Below are positions 50,387 to 60,859 of a stretch of 64,000 nt of DNA, in pieces. The translations under genes and the position numbers were made by a program. The first letter of the stretch is position 1. Every line of letters starts with the position of its first letter. Source of the DNA: Candidatus Poribacteria bacterium (lineage in GTDB: Bacteria > Poribacteria > WGA-4E > PCPOR2b); the NCBI GenBank assembly GCA_965218095.1, contig OZ244587.1:768001-832000 (forward strand), read 5' to 3'. The notes beneath the pieces are model-generated. The model made no database searches, was not told where the DNA came from, and worked only from the letters and a program-made list of their open reading frames with translations.

Positions 50387-53300
50387 TTACTTCAGAATCA
50401 GCATCTTCCGCGTCGCCGTAAAGTCGCCTGCTGTCAGTGTGTAAAAATAGAGGCCACTGGCGACAGACTCACCGAACTGATTGTGTCCGTCCCAATACAT
50501 CGCACGGCTTCGGTTCTGATACATACCCGCCGCCTGATGCCCCACCGCCAAACGCCGAACCGCCCCCCCGTTTATATCATAGATCGTCAGCGTCACCTCT
50601 GCGGGTTCTGCCAACTGATACGGTATCCATGTTTCCGGGTTAAACGGATTCGGGTAGTTGGGGTGCAACGCGGTTTCTTCAGGAATCAGCGAGGCTAACA
50701 GGTTTTGAAGATTCTCGATACCCTGTTGGAAGGCAACCGAACCGTCATCCGCCAACCGTGCATCCGCAATCCACGCTTCTATTGCCACTTTCAGTCCCCC
50801 CATGGTTGCAACCGGCGGCGCGGCAGGCGTTCCGAACTCCGCTGCCACGCGGATGAGGTCGAGAATGCTGACAACACCATCGCCATTGACATCCACCGGC
50901 GAGTTGGTGGGCACCGTTTCCCCCAACTGCTGTGCGACGAGAATCAGATCCAGAATGCTCACCTGCCCATCTCGATTCACATCCCCGCTTGCCAGTTGTC
51001 CCTCAACTGTAATGCTGATTTTATGTGGGCCCGCGGGGATGTTTTCTCCGGTGAGAGTGCCGAACTGAAAATTTTGTAGTGTTAAGTCTGTTTCGCCACC
51101 GGATTTTGCTTTGAATGTTACTTGTACTAGAGTGCCGCTGCCACTCACACCGTGCTCGGTTAGCCGAGCCGCGGTAATCCCTGTGATTTTACCCGCAGTG
51201 TTATCAATCCGCCCACCCTGAAAGAAGGTCGTTCCGCCTAGGAAATCGCCTTCGTTCACATCAATAGCTTCCAGCGCAGCAGCATTGAAGGCAATATCAA
51301 ACTGCCAGCCCGCGAGGTCGAAGACATCTTCGGCGCGGATGTCGAGGGTAAAGGTATCGCCGACATGAATGGGCGTCTTGGAAAAAGTGTAGCCGACACC
51401 GGGGATTGCCACTGTATATTCGGTGCTGGGTTCAAATCCGAAATGTGCGTTACCCAAGCTATGAACCTGGACTAACAAGACATTTCTCCCCTCCTCCAGC
51501 GTGACCGGGTAAAAATTAGTGTAATCGTCAGTCCCCCCCCTATCCCTGAAAGGGTGAATCAAAGCGCCGTTGAGCCAGGCCCTTACGTACGTGCTGCCGA
51601 CGTACATCGTTGTGTCCTGTTGCCGCGGCGAATACAGAGAGACATAACCGTAGAGGACTGCATCGATCCTGCGTTTCAGCATGGCTTCGACGTTATTATC
51701 CCCACGCGGCGGGAGTTTGTCGTGGTCGGCTGTCCACACGCTATCGCCGACAGACTTTCCTTCTGTTGCCCCATGGGTAGCCACTGCCATTTCTGTCACT
51801 CTGCCATCGCTGGCTTCTGCTAGTAGATCTGTACCGCTCTTTATATCTCTGCCTGGATCTGTGGACGGTAACACGACCCATAACCACGGCCCCTCTATTT
51901 TCGGCCCCCCTTTTGGGAACACCGGATTGTCGAACCAAAAGAGCTTTATATTCTCGCGGAACCCATCCAAAGGAGAAAGGTCGGCGATCTTGTTGTTCCC
52001 GACATGTAACCATTTTAAATCGGTTAAACTCGCAAGAGGCGATATGTCCGAGATGTTGTTGTGTCCAAGATTTAGCCATTCCAAGGCGGTTAACCCTGCA
52101 AGCGGCGATATGTCCGAGATGTCGTTGTGTTCAAGATCTAGCCATTTCAAGGCGGTTAACCCCGCAAGCGAGGATATGTCCGAGATGTTGTTGCTTTCAA
52201 GACCCAGACGGGTTACCCCGGTTAATCCCGCAAGGGATGATATATCCGATGTTTCGTTGCTGACAAGATACAGCTCTTTCAGACCGGTTAAGCCCGCCAA
52301 AGGTGTAAGGTCTGATATCTCTCCACCACAAATATTTACGGACTCCAGTGTTGTTAACCCCGCAAGGGGTGATAAATCAGATACAGGGTTGCCCCAAGTG
52401 CGAATGCGTTTCAGGCTGATTAATCCTGCAATCGGCGATAGGTCAGATACGTTGTTACTGGAAAAACTTACAAACTCCAGATTGATTAGTCCTATAAACG
52501 GCGATAGATCGGATGCGTTGTTACGGGCACAATATAACCACTCCAGGTTGATTAATCCTGCAATCGGCGACAGGTCGGATACCTTGTTATCGGGAAAACT
52601 TAAAGTCTCCAGATTGATTAATCCTGCCAAGGGCGAGAGATCCGATATCGAGTTGTCGGGCAAGTCCAGATCTGTCAGATTGGTTGCAAACTGAAGTCCT
52701 GTCAAATCTTGGATGCCCCTGTCTCCCGCCTCCAGTCTTCTCAATGTTTTCATCTCTGCCACAGTAATCGGGGCATTGGGGCTTTTGCCAAGATTTTCTG
52801 CAATGGCGGCGCGGAGGTTCGGGTCCGGGATATGAACAACGGTGCCCGGTGGAGGCGGCGGCGGCGGTTCTGGTGGCTTGACGAGCTCCGGGAAACCCAG
52901 CGCAAAAATCACAGCCAGAAAATTCGATGTCCATGTGTCGCGTTTCACACGCCCGTTCTCACCGACGAGCGGCAGCAAGCCGACGTTTTGTAGTCCGACA
53001 TTCTCACGAATCTTTTCGATGAACACTTCGGTTGTTAACCCAACCGCGGCGGCGGCATGTGCCGCGTCTACTGGGGCTTGAAACGCCTCGTGGAAACGTG
53101 AAATCGGTTCGATGCCACTCAAGACACCACCCGTCGCTTCAAGCGCCAGTCTGTAGCGGTTCATATCTTCGTCCACGCGGGTATCCATCTCTGATTTTTC
53201 GACGTAGAGGCGTAGCGCCTGCGCTTTGTCGTAAGCTGGGGTTGCATTAGCCTCAATCACCGGACGCACCTCATCTTCAAAGGTTTTCATCCCCTCGGTG

Positions 53301-54571
53301 TGGCATCCCATGCACGAAAGCCCGTTGCGGACGGTCGGATCGCTCGCGGCGGGATTGGAAACGATTTTAATCGGCGCGGCATCCAACCGGAACCCCGTCC
53401 CATTGACCAGATAGTATCCCTGCAATCCGTTGGGGAGATTGAAGATAACCTCCCCGCCATCATGCGTGAAATTGAGCGGATGGGTGAAGATGTTCTGTGT
53501 GCCAACACTCCCGGCAAAGTCGTAGCTTTTCCAATACGCTCCATATCGAGAGCTATGCCTCTCCACCACCCGGTTGTTATTGGAAACACCCGAATTGTTG
53601 AATCCCGCTCGCCAGACATCAACCCCCGGCGCATCGCGGCGATTGCGGACTACATCAACTTCCAGTCGGGTCTCTAATTCCCCATCCGTCAATGGCAGAG
53701 AAAGCAGCTCGTGGTACAGCGGTGGCAGAGATGCCGTCGCAAGAAACCAGTCGATATGAATCGATGGCACATCGCAGTCCATCTCTGTCTGTAACCGTGT
53801 TAGTTGTTCCCGCAGCGCGGTCTGTGTGGGCGCATCAAACGCGATGTGATAGGGATACGCCCCTTCAATCTGTGTCCAGCCGTCATTGCGATCCCACTCA
53901 TAGTGCCGGATGTCGATGGTGAAGATTGTCCCCTGTGGGTCAATGGACTGTGGGTTGGTGACTTCGCGCTCCCATGAGAGGCTATTGACCAGTTTGGAGA
54001 GCCCGGATCGGTACTCTTGGAGTATCTCCGCTGTCCTGCCCGCATTATAGAGATGTGTGAGTGTGAAATAGCGTGTGAAGGCGCGGTCAAATACTGGGAG
54101 TGACATAAGGTGAGTCTCAATGGTATCCAGTATTTCACCGGGGGGAATGAAACGGCTATCGGGTGGGGGGATTGCCGCCCAATCGGGTGCGCCGGCTAAA
54201 ATCCAACGGCGAATCGTGTCAATCGCCGGAGCGGACAGGGGGGGCGATCCAAGTGGCATCCGTTTGGCTGTGTCAGTGGTCAGGAGCCGTTTATACAATT
54301 CGGACGCTTCTGGGTTTCCCGGCATAACCGTTCCGTTTTCGATGAGCGGGGTGTGCTCAATTAAGAGTGTCTCTCGATAGGCGCCGTCGGGGCCGTGGCA
54401 GATGAGGCACTTTTGTTCAAAGATAGCATAGGCATCTTGTGCAATCGGCTGCTGGGCAGAGACAGTTTGAGAACCTACGATGAGAATCAATAGACTGATG
54501 AGTGAGATAAGATGCTGCTGTTGCTTACAAGCCCCAATCAAATAGGGGATGAAATGATGCTTAAACATCAT
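50387..54571 (-). CDS. Secreted multidomain protein: planctomycete-type cytochrome c, second heme domain, Pro linker, LRRs, cohesin, dockerin, FlgD-Ig C-terminal domain
   Basis: Signal peptide; CLICH and CMGCH; PPEPPPPPPP; 22-aa 'N.ISD.SPLAGL..L..L.L' repeats; 'GDTFTLDI..E.V.DLAGWQFDI.F'; DVNRDGQVSILDL pair; NYPNPFNPETWIPYQL...TRKMLILK. Confidence 0.88.
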   Translation of the reverse strand: MMFKHHFIPYLIGACKQQQHLISLISLLILIVGSQTVSAQQPIAQDAYAIFEQKCLICHGPDGAYRETLLIEHTPLIENGTVMPGNPEASELYKRLLTTDTAKRMPLGSPPLSAPAIDTIRRWILAGAPDWAAIPPPDSRFIPPGEILDTIETHLMSLPVFDRAFTRYFTLTHLYNAGRTAEILQEYRSGLSKLVNSLSWEREVTNPQSIDPQGTIFTIDIRHYEWDRNDGWTQIEGAYPYHIAFDAPTQTALREQLTRLQTEMDCDVPSIHIDWFLATASLPPLYHELLSLPLTDGELETRLEVDVVRNRRDAPGVDVWRAGFNNSGVSNNNRVVERHSSRYGAYWKSYDFAGSVGTQNIFTHPLNFTHDGGEVIFNLPNGLQGYYLVNGTGFRLDAAPIKIVSNPAASDPTVRNGLSCMGCHTEGMKTFEDEVRPVIEANATPAYDKAQALRLYVEKSEMDTRVDEDMNRYRLALEATGGVLSGIEPISRFHEAFQAPVDAAHAAAAVGLTTEVFIEKIRENVGLQNVGLLPLVGENGRVKRDTWTSNFLAVIFALGFPELVKPPEPPPPPPPGTVVHIPDPNLRAAIAENLGKSPNAPITVAEMKTLRRLEAGDRGIQDLTGLQFATNLTDLDLPDNSISDLSPLAGLINLETLSFPDNKVSDLSPIAGLINLEWLYCARNNASDLSPFIGLINLEFVSFSSNNVSDLSPIAGLISLKRIRTWGNPVSDLSPLAGLTTLESVNICGGEISDLTPLAGLTGLKELYLVSNETSDISSLAGLTGVTRLGLESNNISDISSLAGLTALKWLDLEHNDISDISPLAGLTALEWLNLGHNNISDISPLASLTDLKWLHVGNNKIADLSPLDGFRENIKLFWFDNPVFPKGGPKIEGPWLWVVLPSTDPGRDIKSGTDLLAEASDGRVTEMAVATHGATEGKSVGDSVWTADHDKLPPRGDNNVEAMLKRRIDAVLYGYVSLYSPRQQDTTMYVGSTYVRAWLNGALIHPFRDRGGTDDYTNFYPVTLEEGRNVLLVQVHSLGNAHFGFEPSTEYTVAIPGVGYTFSKTPIHVGDTFTLDIRAEDVFDLAGWQFDIAFNAAALEAIDVNEGDFLGGTTFFQGGRIDNTAGKITGITAARLTEHGVSGSGTLVQVTFKAKSGGETDLTLQNFQFGTLTGENIPAGPHKISITVEGQLASGDVNRDGQVSILDLILVAQQLGETVPTNSPVDVNGDGVVSILDLIRVAAEFGTPAAPPVATMGGLKVAIEAWIADARLADDGSVAFQQGIENLQNLLASLIPEETALHPNYPNPFNPETWIPYQLAEPAEVTLTIYDINGGAVRRLAVGHQAAGMYQNRSRAMYWDGHNQFGESVASGLYFYTLTAGDFTATRKMLILK
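51960..52745 (-). repeat. Internalin-like leucine-rich repeat array (66-bp period, about 11-12 units)
   Basis: Recurring ttaaccc/ttaatcc..gcaa..ggcgata units within the large CDS. Confidence 0.9.
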
Positions 54572-54692
54572 GGTAAAATAATCCTTTCTCGATCCACAAT
54601 TCCCCGAATTCGGTATACCCCACACGGAACGGAGTGAATCGAAGGGTGAGTTTCAATACGTAGCCCTGGATACTCTTGACTTAGAAGTTCGC

Positions 54693-55924
54693 TCATTCGC
54701 CCATCTGTCGAATTGCTTCTTCATAAATCTCTCTGAGCGGGACACCATGTTGCTCGGCAAGCCGCTTGCAATCTTCGTATTCGGGAACTGTTTTAATTAA
54801 CTGGTTTTCCAAATACCCACATTTTGCACGAACGGTTCCCCATCGCGTTTGGATGTTGACAAAATCATGAGTCAGTTTTGATCGTTCAGCTGTGTAGCAT
54901 CTAACGCCAAACGTCGTTGTTTCTACGAGAAGCATTTCGCTCAGTGCATCACGGAGCGTCGGTGTAGAAAGGACACTCAGTTTTGTCGCCGGACGACCTT
55001 TCTTCATAAAGATCGGTGTCAGGAAAACGTCGAGGGCCCCTCGCTCGAATAGTTGCTCCATCAAGTAGCCCACAATCTCTGGCGACATATCGTCGAGATT
55101 GGTTTCAATTACGCAGACCTGATCGTGCTCGACGGTTTTTTTTTACCGATACATAGCCGTAAGAGGTTCGGTTGCTCCTCAAGGTTGCGTGTCCCGGCAC
55201 CGTAGCCAATTCGGTTGATGGTCATCTCCGGCATTGTACCGAATCCATCCGCAAGCGTCGTGATAATGGCTGCGCCGGTGGGTGTCACCAGTTCTTTTCG
55301 GATTTCAGTCTGTCGGATGGGCACACTGCACAGCAACTCCATCGTTCCCGGCGTAGGGACAGGCATGAGTCCGTGGGCGCATCGGACGAAGCCGCCTCCG
55401 AGCGATAGCGGAGAGGCGTAGATCGCGTTGATCTCTAAAAGATGTAGCCCAACGACGGATCCAACGATGTCCACAATCGCATCGATGCCGCTAACTTCGT
55501 GCAGGTGTACCTGATCTTTAGGCATGTTGTGGACTTTCGCTTCCGCTCCCGCGAGTCGATCAAAGATCTGCTTTGCGCGATCGATGATTTCCTTTTCAAG
55601 ATCGCTGTTATCAAGAATAGCGAAAATATCGGAGAGATGGCGGCTCGGCTCATGCGTGTGCGGATGATTGTGATGCGCCCCTGCTGCCGATTCGGTCGAA
55701 GGATCCGTGTGTAAATCGTCAGTCAGATTGGTCGTGTCCACGATTGCCCGGGTTCCGGTGATGCCGTGTTTCGTTACTTTCTGAAAACGCAACGTAAATT
55801 CGTCCAATTTCAACTTTGCCAACTCTGCACGCAGTGCGTCTGAATCGACACCGCCATCGGCCAAAGCACCGAGCATCATGTCTCCACTGATTCCTGAAAA
55901 ACAATCAAAATATGCAATTTTCAA
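54693..55924 (-). CDS. larC: Nickel-pincer cofactor biosynthesis protein LarC, in two frames joined by a -1 shift at an A9 run (55136-55144)
   Basis: YFDCFSGISGDM, His-rich loop, HLHEV, CAHG..PVP.P, GYGAGTR; the -1 frame continues TVEHDQVCVIETNLDDMSPE...MKKGRP...ETTTFGVR...PEYEDC. Confidence 0.93.
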
Positions 55925-56012
55925 CTTGTTTTCCTTCTAGTTGACAAACTTGAATGGGGACTTTGTACAGGCTTTGTGAACAGTTTTGATTCATGTTAGG
56001 GACTCATGCAGC

Positions 56013-56045
56013 AGAAACCGAGTTTTTGACAAAAACTCGGTTTCT
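56013..56045. repeat. Perfect 15-bp palindrome (REP-like, may act as terminator)
   Basis: agaaaccgagttttt-gac-aaaaactcggtttct between mdh and larC. Confidence 0.7.
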
Positions 56046-56103
56046 TTCGCACTTTACGCTTTCTTTTTACATGAGCCACAGTTCTAACGCACACCTTCCG
56101 GAG

Positions 56104-57030
56104 CTAGTACCCCAACAACTCAATTCCCTCCCGATACGTCTGAGCTGACGTTTGCAACGCCTGGAGTTCATCGTCGGTCAATTCGACTTCGATAATCTGT
56201 TCAACGCCACCCGCCCCCAATTTAATCGGAACGCCGATATACAGATCGTCAATACCGAACTGTCCGGTCAGATGCGCTGCACAGGGAATGAGCCGTTTTT
56301 TGTCACGGACAATTGCCGCCGCCATCTGAGCAAGCGAGGCACCTGCTGCATAGTAACCACTCGTTTTTAGCAGATTGACCACTTCTGCACCGCCATCGCG
56401 GGTTCGCTGTGCCAGTTCTTCGATCCGCCCCGCAGACATGAGTTGCGGAATTGGAATCCCGCCCACCGTTGTATAACGCGGCAGGGGCACCATCGTATCT
56501 CCGTGTCCCCCCATCACGAGGGCGCTGATGTCTTCAACCGACACACCCAGTTCAAGGGAGATGAAATAACGGAGACGCGCTGAATCGAGTACACCCGCCT
56601 GTCCGACAACTCGGTTGGACGGGAATCCCGAAACCTTCCACGCATGATAGGTCATAATGTCCAACGGATTTGTCAGCATCACAATAATGCAGTCCGGCGA
56701 GTGCTTCACGACGTTTTCTGTGACGCTGCCAACGATTCTCGCGTTTGTTTGCAAAAGGTCTTCACGGGTCATTCCCGGCTTGCGGGGCGATCCGGAGGTG
56801 ATAATCACCACGTCAGAACCAGCCGTATCTTCGTAACCCGTTGAACCTGTGACGCTTGCATCAAACAGTTCAACGGGCGACGCCTGTGCCATATCCAAAC
56901 TCTTTCCTTGCGGGACGCCATCAATGATATCTACCATCACGACATCACCAAGCTGCTTTTGCGCAATGAACAGCGCGGCAGTCGCGCCGACATTTCCAGC
57001 ACCAATCACACTGATTTTTTTTCGAGCCAT
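56104..57030 (-). CDS. mdh: Malate dehydrogenase (LDH-like type)
   Basis: IGAGNVG, PRKPGMTREDL, NPLD, LDSAR, GGHGD, RTRDGGAEVV. Confidence 0.97.
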   Translation of the reverse strand: MARKKISVIGAGNVGATAALFIAQKQLGDVVMVDIIDGVPQGKSLDMAQASPVELFDASVTGSTGYEDTAGSDVVIITSGSPRKPGMTREDLLQTNARIVGSVTENVVKHSPDCIIVMLTNPLDIMTYHAWKVSGFPSNRVVGQAGVLDSARLRYFISLELGVSVEDISALVMGGHGDTMVPLPRYTTVGGIPIPQLMSAGRIEELAQRTRDGGAEVVNLLKTSGYYAAGASLAQMAAAIVRDKKRLIPCAAHLTGQFGIDDLYIGVPIKLGAGGVEQIIEVELTDDELQALQTSAQTYREGIELLGY

Positions 57031-57058
57031 TCGTTTCTCCTCGTTATTTCTGATTTCC

Positions 57059-58267
57059 TCATGGTTGTGCGTTGACGTATTCTTGCCAGCGCTCCTCGAC
57101 GCTGGCATCCTCAACGGTCTCCATGAAGTAGTCGCCGAACTCCTCGCTGGTTGCGCCTGTGCTGCGTCCGGTCATAACTACCTTGCGCTCGTACTGTCCG
57201 CAGATGTCGAGGGCCTTGTGCAGCTTTTGGCCGAGTTCATCGAATCCGATATGCTCAAGCATCATGGCACCCGCCCTGATGAGAGAGCTTGGGTCAGCAT
57301 ACTGCGCCCTTCCTTCTTGCACCATTCGTGGGGCGCTCCCGTGAATGGCCTCGAACATAGCATACCGTTTCCCGATATTCGCACTGCCTGCTGTACCAAC
57401 GCCACCCTGAATCTGGGCCGCTTCATCGGTCAGGATATCGCCATAGAGGTTAGGGAGGGCAAGCACTTGGAAGTCATTTTGACGTGCTGGGTTTATCAGT
57501 GCCGCGGTCATGATGTCGATGTACCAGCTATCCCACTCAATATCCGGATACCGTTGAGCGACCTCGCGGGCAATGTCGAGGAACTTGCCGTCGGTCGTTT
57601 TGACGATATTTGCCTTTGTGACGACCGTCACCTTAGTCTTGCCGATACGTTTCGCGTGGGCGAAGGCAGCCTCAATAATACGCTCAGACCCCTGGCTTGT
57701 GATGACGCGAAAATCTATCCCCAAGTCATCGGTCACATTGATGCCCTGGCTGCCAACCGCATACATATCTTCAGTGTTCTCACGGAAGAAGGTCCAGTCA
57801 ATGTTTTCAGCGGGAACTCGCACCGGACGAACATTGGCGAACAGGTCGAGTGCTTTACGCATGGAGACGTTCGCGCTTTCTAGGTTAGGCCACTGATCGC
57901 CCTGTTCAGGTGTATGGGTCGGCCCCTTGAGTGTTACGTGGCAACCCTTGATCTCCTCGAGCACATCGTCTGGTATGGATTTCATCTGTGCGGCACGGTT
58001 TTCAATGGTGAGCCCTTCTATTACCCGGAACTCAACCTTACCCGCGTTGATCTGGTCCCGTAAGAGGTATCCAAGCACACGTTGTGTCTCGGCGCTAATT
58101 GTCTGCCCAATACCGTCACCGCCAATCATACCAATAATGATGGGCGAAATAGATTTATAATCCATCCAATCTGGCTCTTGTTTGAGTTTCTCGACTCTCT
58201 CAAGCTGTTGCTGCAAGATGCTTCCGAAATGTTCTTTTGCGGTCTCAATTGCTTCTGAGTTGACCAC
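57059..58267 (-). CDS. icd: Isocitrate dehydrogenase (isocitrate/isopropylmalate dehydrogenase family)
   Basis: GDGIG, LKGP, SANVSMRK.LDLFANVRP, RENTED, NLYGDILTD, EAIHGSAP; adjacent to mdh. Confidence 0.8.
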   Translation of the reverse strand: MVNSEAIETAKEHFGSILQQQLERVEKLKQEPDWMDYKSISPIIIGMIGGDGIGQTISAETQRVLGYLLRDQINAGKVEFRVIEGLTIENRAAQMKSIPDDVLEEIKGCHVTLKGPTHTPEQGDQWPNLESANVSMRKALDLFANVRPVRVPAENIDWTFFRENTEDMYAVGSQGINVTDDLGIDFRVITSQGSERIIEAAFAHAKRIGKTKVTVVTKANIVKTTDGKFLDIAREVAQRYPDIEWDSWYIDIMTAALINPARQNDFQVLALPNLYGDILTDEAAQIQGGVGTAGSANIGKRYAMFEAIHGSAPRMVQEGRAQYADPSSLIRAGAMMLEHIGFDELGQKLHKALDICGQYERKVVMTGRSTGATSEEFGDYFMETVEDASVEERWQEYVNAQP

Positions 58268-58394
58268 TCTGCACTCCCTTCTAGAAAACAACGGCTCCAA
58301 TCAATGGTGAAACTATGAGCTTGATGAACTAATGAACTCTTGAACTCAGGTTTCAGGCAATCGAGCGCAAGAGCACTCTCCCACATATCGTTGT

Positions 58395-59978
58395 TCAATG
58401 GGTGGAAAAAGCCTCGCCCTGAAGGAGCCGGTTATGAAGAGAAGCGACCAAATCTGGTATCGTCGGGTCGCCACTTGAGGTGGGAACGATACTATGTTCA
58501 GGGGGCACGACAGGACGAATCATACCGCTCTGCTGCAACTGCTCTCTGGCATCCATCATCCAGCCGAATCCTCGGAAGATGTAGGTGAGCAGTGTGCGAT
58601 CTAATTCACGGACGCCCAAGGCTTCTTGAACCGACCATCCACCAAAGTCTGTGTTTGGCGTCAAACGAAGTGGTGGATCGGCTTCTTTGCCCGGCTTAAT
58701 TACGCCTTCAACGAAAGCTATCTGATAAATCCGTTGAACCATCCCCAGGCGTTGTTTCTGTTTATCATCAAGCGTAATCTCACCATTATCTATCGCCCGT
58801 AAGAGCAGATCGAGATAGATCGCCGGTCTCGGATCTTGCTGGATTTCATCAGATCTGCCAGCAGCCACGATCTCCGGGTGACCAAAGGTCGGTAATCCAC
58901 CAGCGAGGACTTCATTCTGAATCGCTGTCTCACGCTTTTCCGGGGCAATCTGTTCAAGTTTATTCATAAAGTGGGTCATGTCATGAATTGCGCCAAAATG
59001 TCGATCGCCGTCAAGAGTCATGTGAGAAGCACTCAAAAAGTCGGAAACAGAGGTAGTGTGTACAGTTGCCATATATCGCGCAACCATGTTGGAACCGGCA
59101 GATCCGTGATGGATTTGTATCATCCCCATTCTTTCCAGGATTTCATTCTTGATGGCATTGACGTGATAACCGAGCAGGAGGCTATAGCACGCCTGAAATG
59201 CTGTCTTTCCCGATTTCTCTTCTTTGTCAATGAAATCATCTGTTCGCTCGACAAGTTCATCGGTAGTTAGATCCACGTCCTCCTCAAGCAGGTGGCGCAT
59301 ATAAACAGCCATCACTCCCACCGCCACATTCTCCATATGTGTTCTGATTATTTCGAGTAGAAGGCAGCCATCACGTCTTTCGTCGTTCATCCCCCGATTT
59401 GGGATACAACGTTTCGCGCGATCCGCTTTCCCAAGCGTCGCAAAATGCTGAATTGCCACCTCAGGTCCTGAATCCGGGAAGGTTTGAACAAATTTGGCAA
59501 CTTGCTCGATCAACGGTCTGCGCCCCGAAACATCTTCTCTGATGAGTCCTCTTGATTGGTAGAATTTTCGGTTAATAAATGCGTCGAGCATCGCTTCTTC
59601 ATCTAAACCGTCCCCGATCTGTGATCGGGGCTTCCTGCCGAACAAACCAACAAAGATCACATACGCAGGGCTAAACTGACCAGCAATAATCTCGCTTTCC
59701 TGAATCACACCACGAATGGCAAAACTTCGGATATTCAATGTTATATTAGCACCATCACAGTGAACTTTCGCGCTGTGTAGAACCGGGTTAGCAAAGACCA
59801 TTGTTGATTGGGGCATTGAACTAAACGCTTTGAGCGCGTCTGCAATTTCCTGGTCATCCAGTTGCATTGCTCGTTTTAACGCATCTGTCACGGGGCTATA
59901 CGTCGAAGTTTCAGGCGCCTCTGAAAGCGTCCGCCGCATCGCTGCTGCATTCTCTGTCCATAATGTTTTCCCTTCCAT
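58395..59978 (-). CDS. Highly divergent citrate synthase-family protein
   Basis: HHGSAGS, GDRHFGA, TFGH, DPR, PNTDF, R.FGW and IRP occur in citrate-synthase motif order; upstream of icd-mdh. Confidence 0.75.
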   Translation of the reverse strand: MEGKTLWTENAAAMRRTLSEAPETSTYSPVTDALKRAMQLDDQEIADALKAFSSMPQSTMVFANPVLHSAKVHCDGANITLNIRSFAIRGVIQESEIIAGQFSPAYVIFVGLFGRKPRSQIGDGLDEEAMLDAFINRKFYQSRGLIREDVSGRRPLIEQVAKFVQTFPDSGPEVAIQHFATLGKADRAKRCIPNRGMNDERRDGCLLLEIIRTHMENVAVGVMAVYMRHLLEEDVDLTTDELVERTDDFIDKEEKSGKTAFQACYSLLLGYHVNAIKNEILERMGMIQIHHGSAGSNMVARYMATVHTTSVSDFLSASHMTLDGDRHFGAIHDMTHFMNKLEQIAPEKRETAIQNEVLAGGLPTFGHPEIVAAGRSDEIQQDPRPAIYLDLLLRAIDNGEITLDDKQKQRLGMVQRIYQIAFVEGVIKPGKEADPPLRLTPNTDFGGWSVQEALGVRELDRTLLTYIFRGFGWMMDAREQLQQSGMIRPVVPPEHSIVPTSSGDPTIPDLVASLHNRLLQGEAFSTH

Positions 59979-60169
59979 AAAAATCTCCTTAGTTTAGTGT
60001 GATCAGAACTGAGACTGTGGGGCGCCCTGGCAAAAGTGATTCTTTGAATTGAAGTCATATTGAGTAAAACATAAAGATGTGGTAAAATAGAGAAAGGAAG
60101 AGAGATAATTTATGTCCCAAAATTTCCGCTTCGGATACCCATTCACTTTATGAAAGGAAATACAACAGT

Positions 60170-60660
60170 ATTCCCAAGCAGGTTTCTCCTAAGGATTTTA
60201 ACCGCTACATCTTGCCACATTTAACGAGCAAAAGGCCCAAAGCCAAAACTCTCCTTCTACAAAATATTCAACTATATCCTCTATGTTTTGCATACTTGCA
60301 TTCAATCGAATCAACTTAGCACACAACGCAATCAACTCCACGGGTCGAACATCTACAACTGGCAGAGTCGATGGTCAAAAGATGGATTCTATCAACAACT
60401 TTTTGAGGCGTCGGTGATACATCGGCTCGACACAGACCAACTCGACACCTCACGACCTCATCGGAATGGGTCAAATACCGTTGTTAAAAAAGGAGCGATG
60501 GCATCGGTTAGTCTGGACACAAACACCACAAAGGTGAAAAAGAACTCACCATCATCAACAATCATGGATTCGTCATTGGACCGATAACCGTCAAACTGGT
60601 CAACAAACAGGATACGATCAGCTTGCCCGAAACATTCACCAATCTCATCTCACTGCTAAC
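60170..60660 (+). mobile_element. IS5-family transposase relic
   Basis: Broken frames give 'DFNRYILPHL', 'KLSFYKIFNYILYVLHT.IQ', 'RWSKDG', 'NTVVKKG/GDGIG*SGHKHHKGEK'. Confidence 0.65.
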
Positions 60661-60859
60661 CCTAAAAATAGAGTGTTGGTAATCTATTCTTGTATATCTG
60701 CCGGGTGTTTCGGATACTTTAGTTATGGTAAGCCTTCTTCAATGCTCAAATGGACAGACATTATGTAAATCAGATATTGTCGCAATGATTTATGACCCGT
60801 GAAGAAAAGGAGGAAGCGTTGCTTGGCCAAGAAATGAGGGAGATAGTAAATTCTAATAT

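Noticed and set aside
51681-52694. 337-aa repetitive plus-strand ORF or possible CRISPR-like periodicity
   Set aside because: Antisense of the LRR array; the 66-bp period is coding, with no constant repeat and unique spacer structure.
56849-57883. 344-aa plus-strand ORF
   Set aside because: Antisense shadow of icd and mdh with no recognisable motifs.
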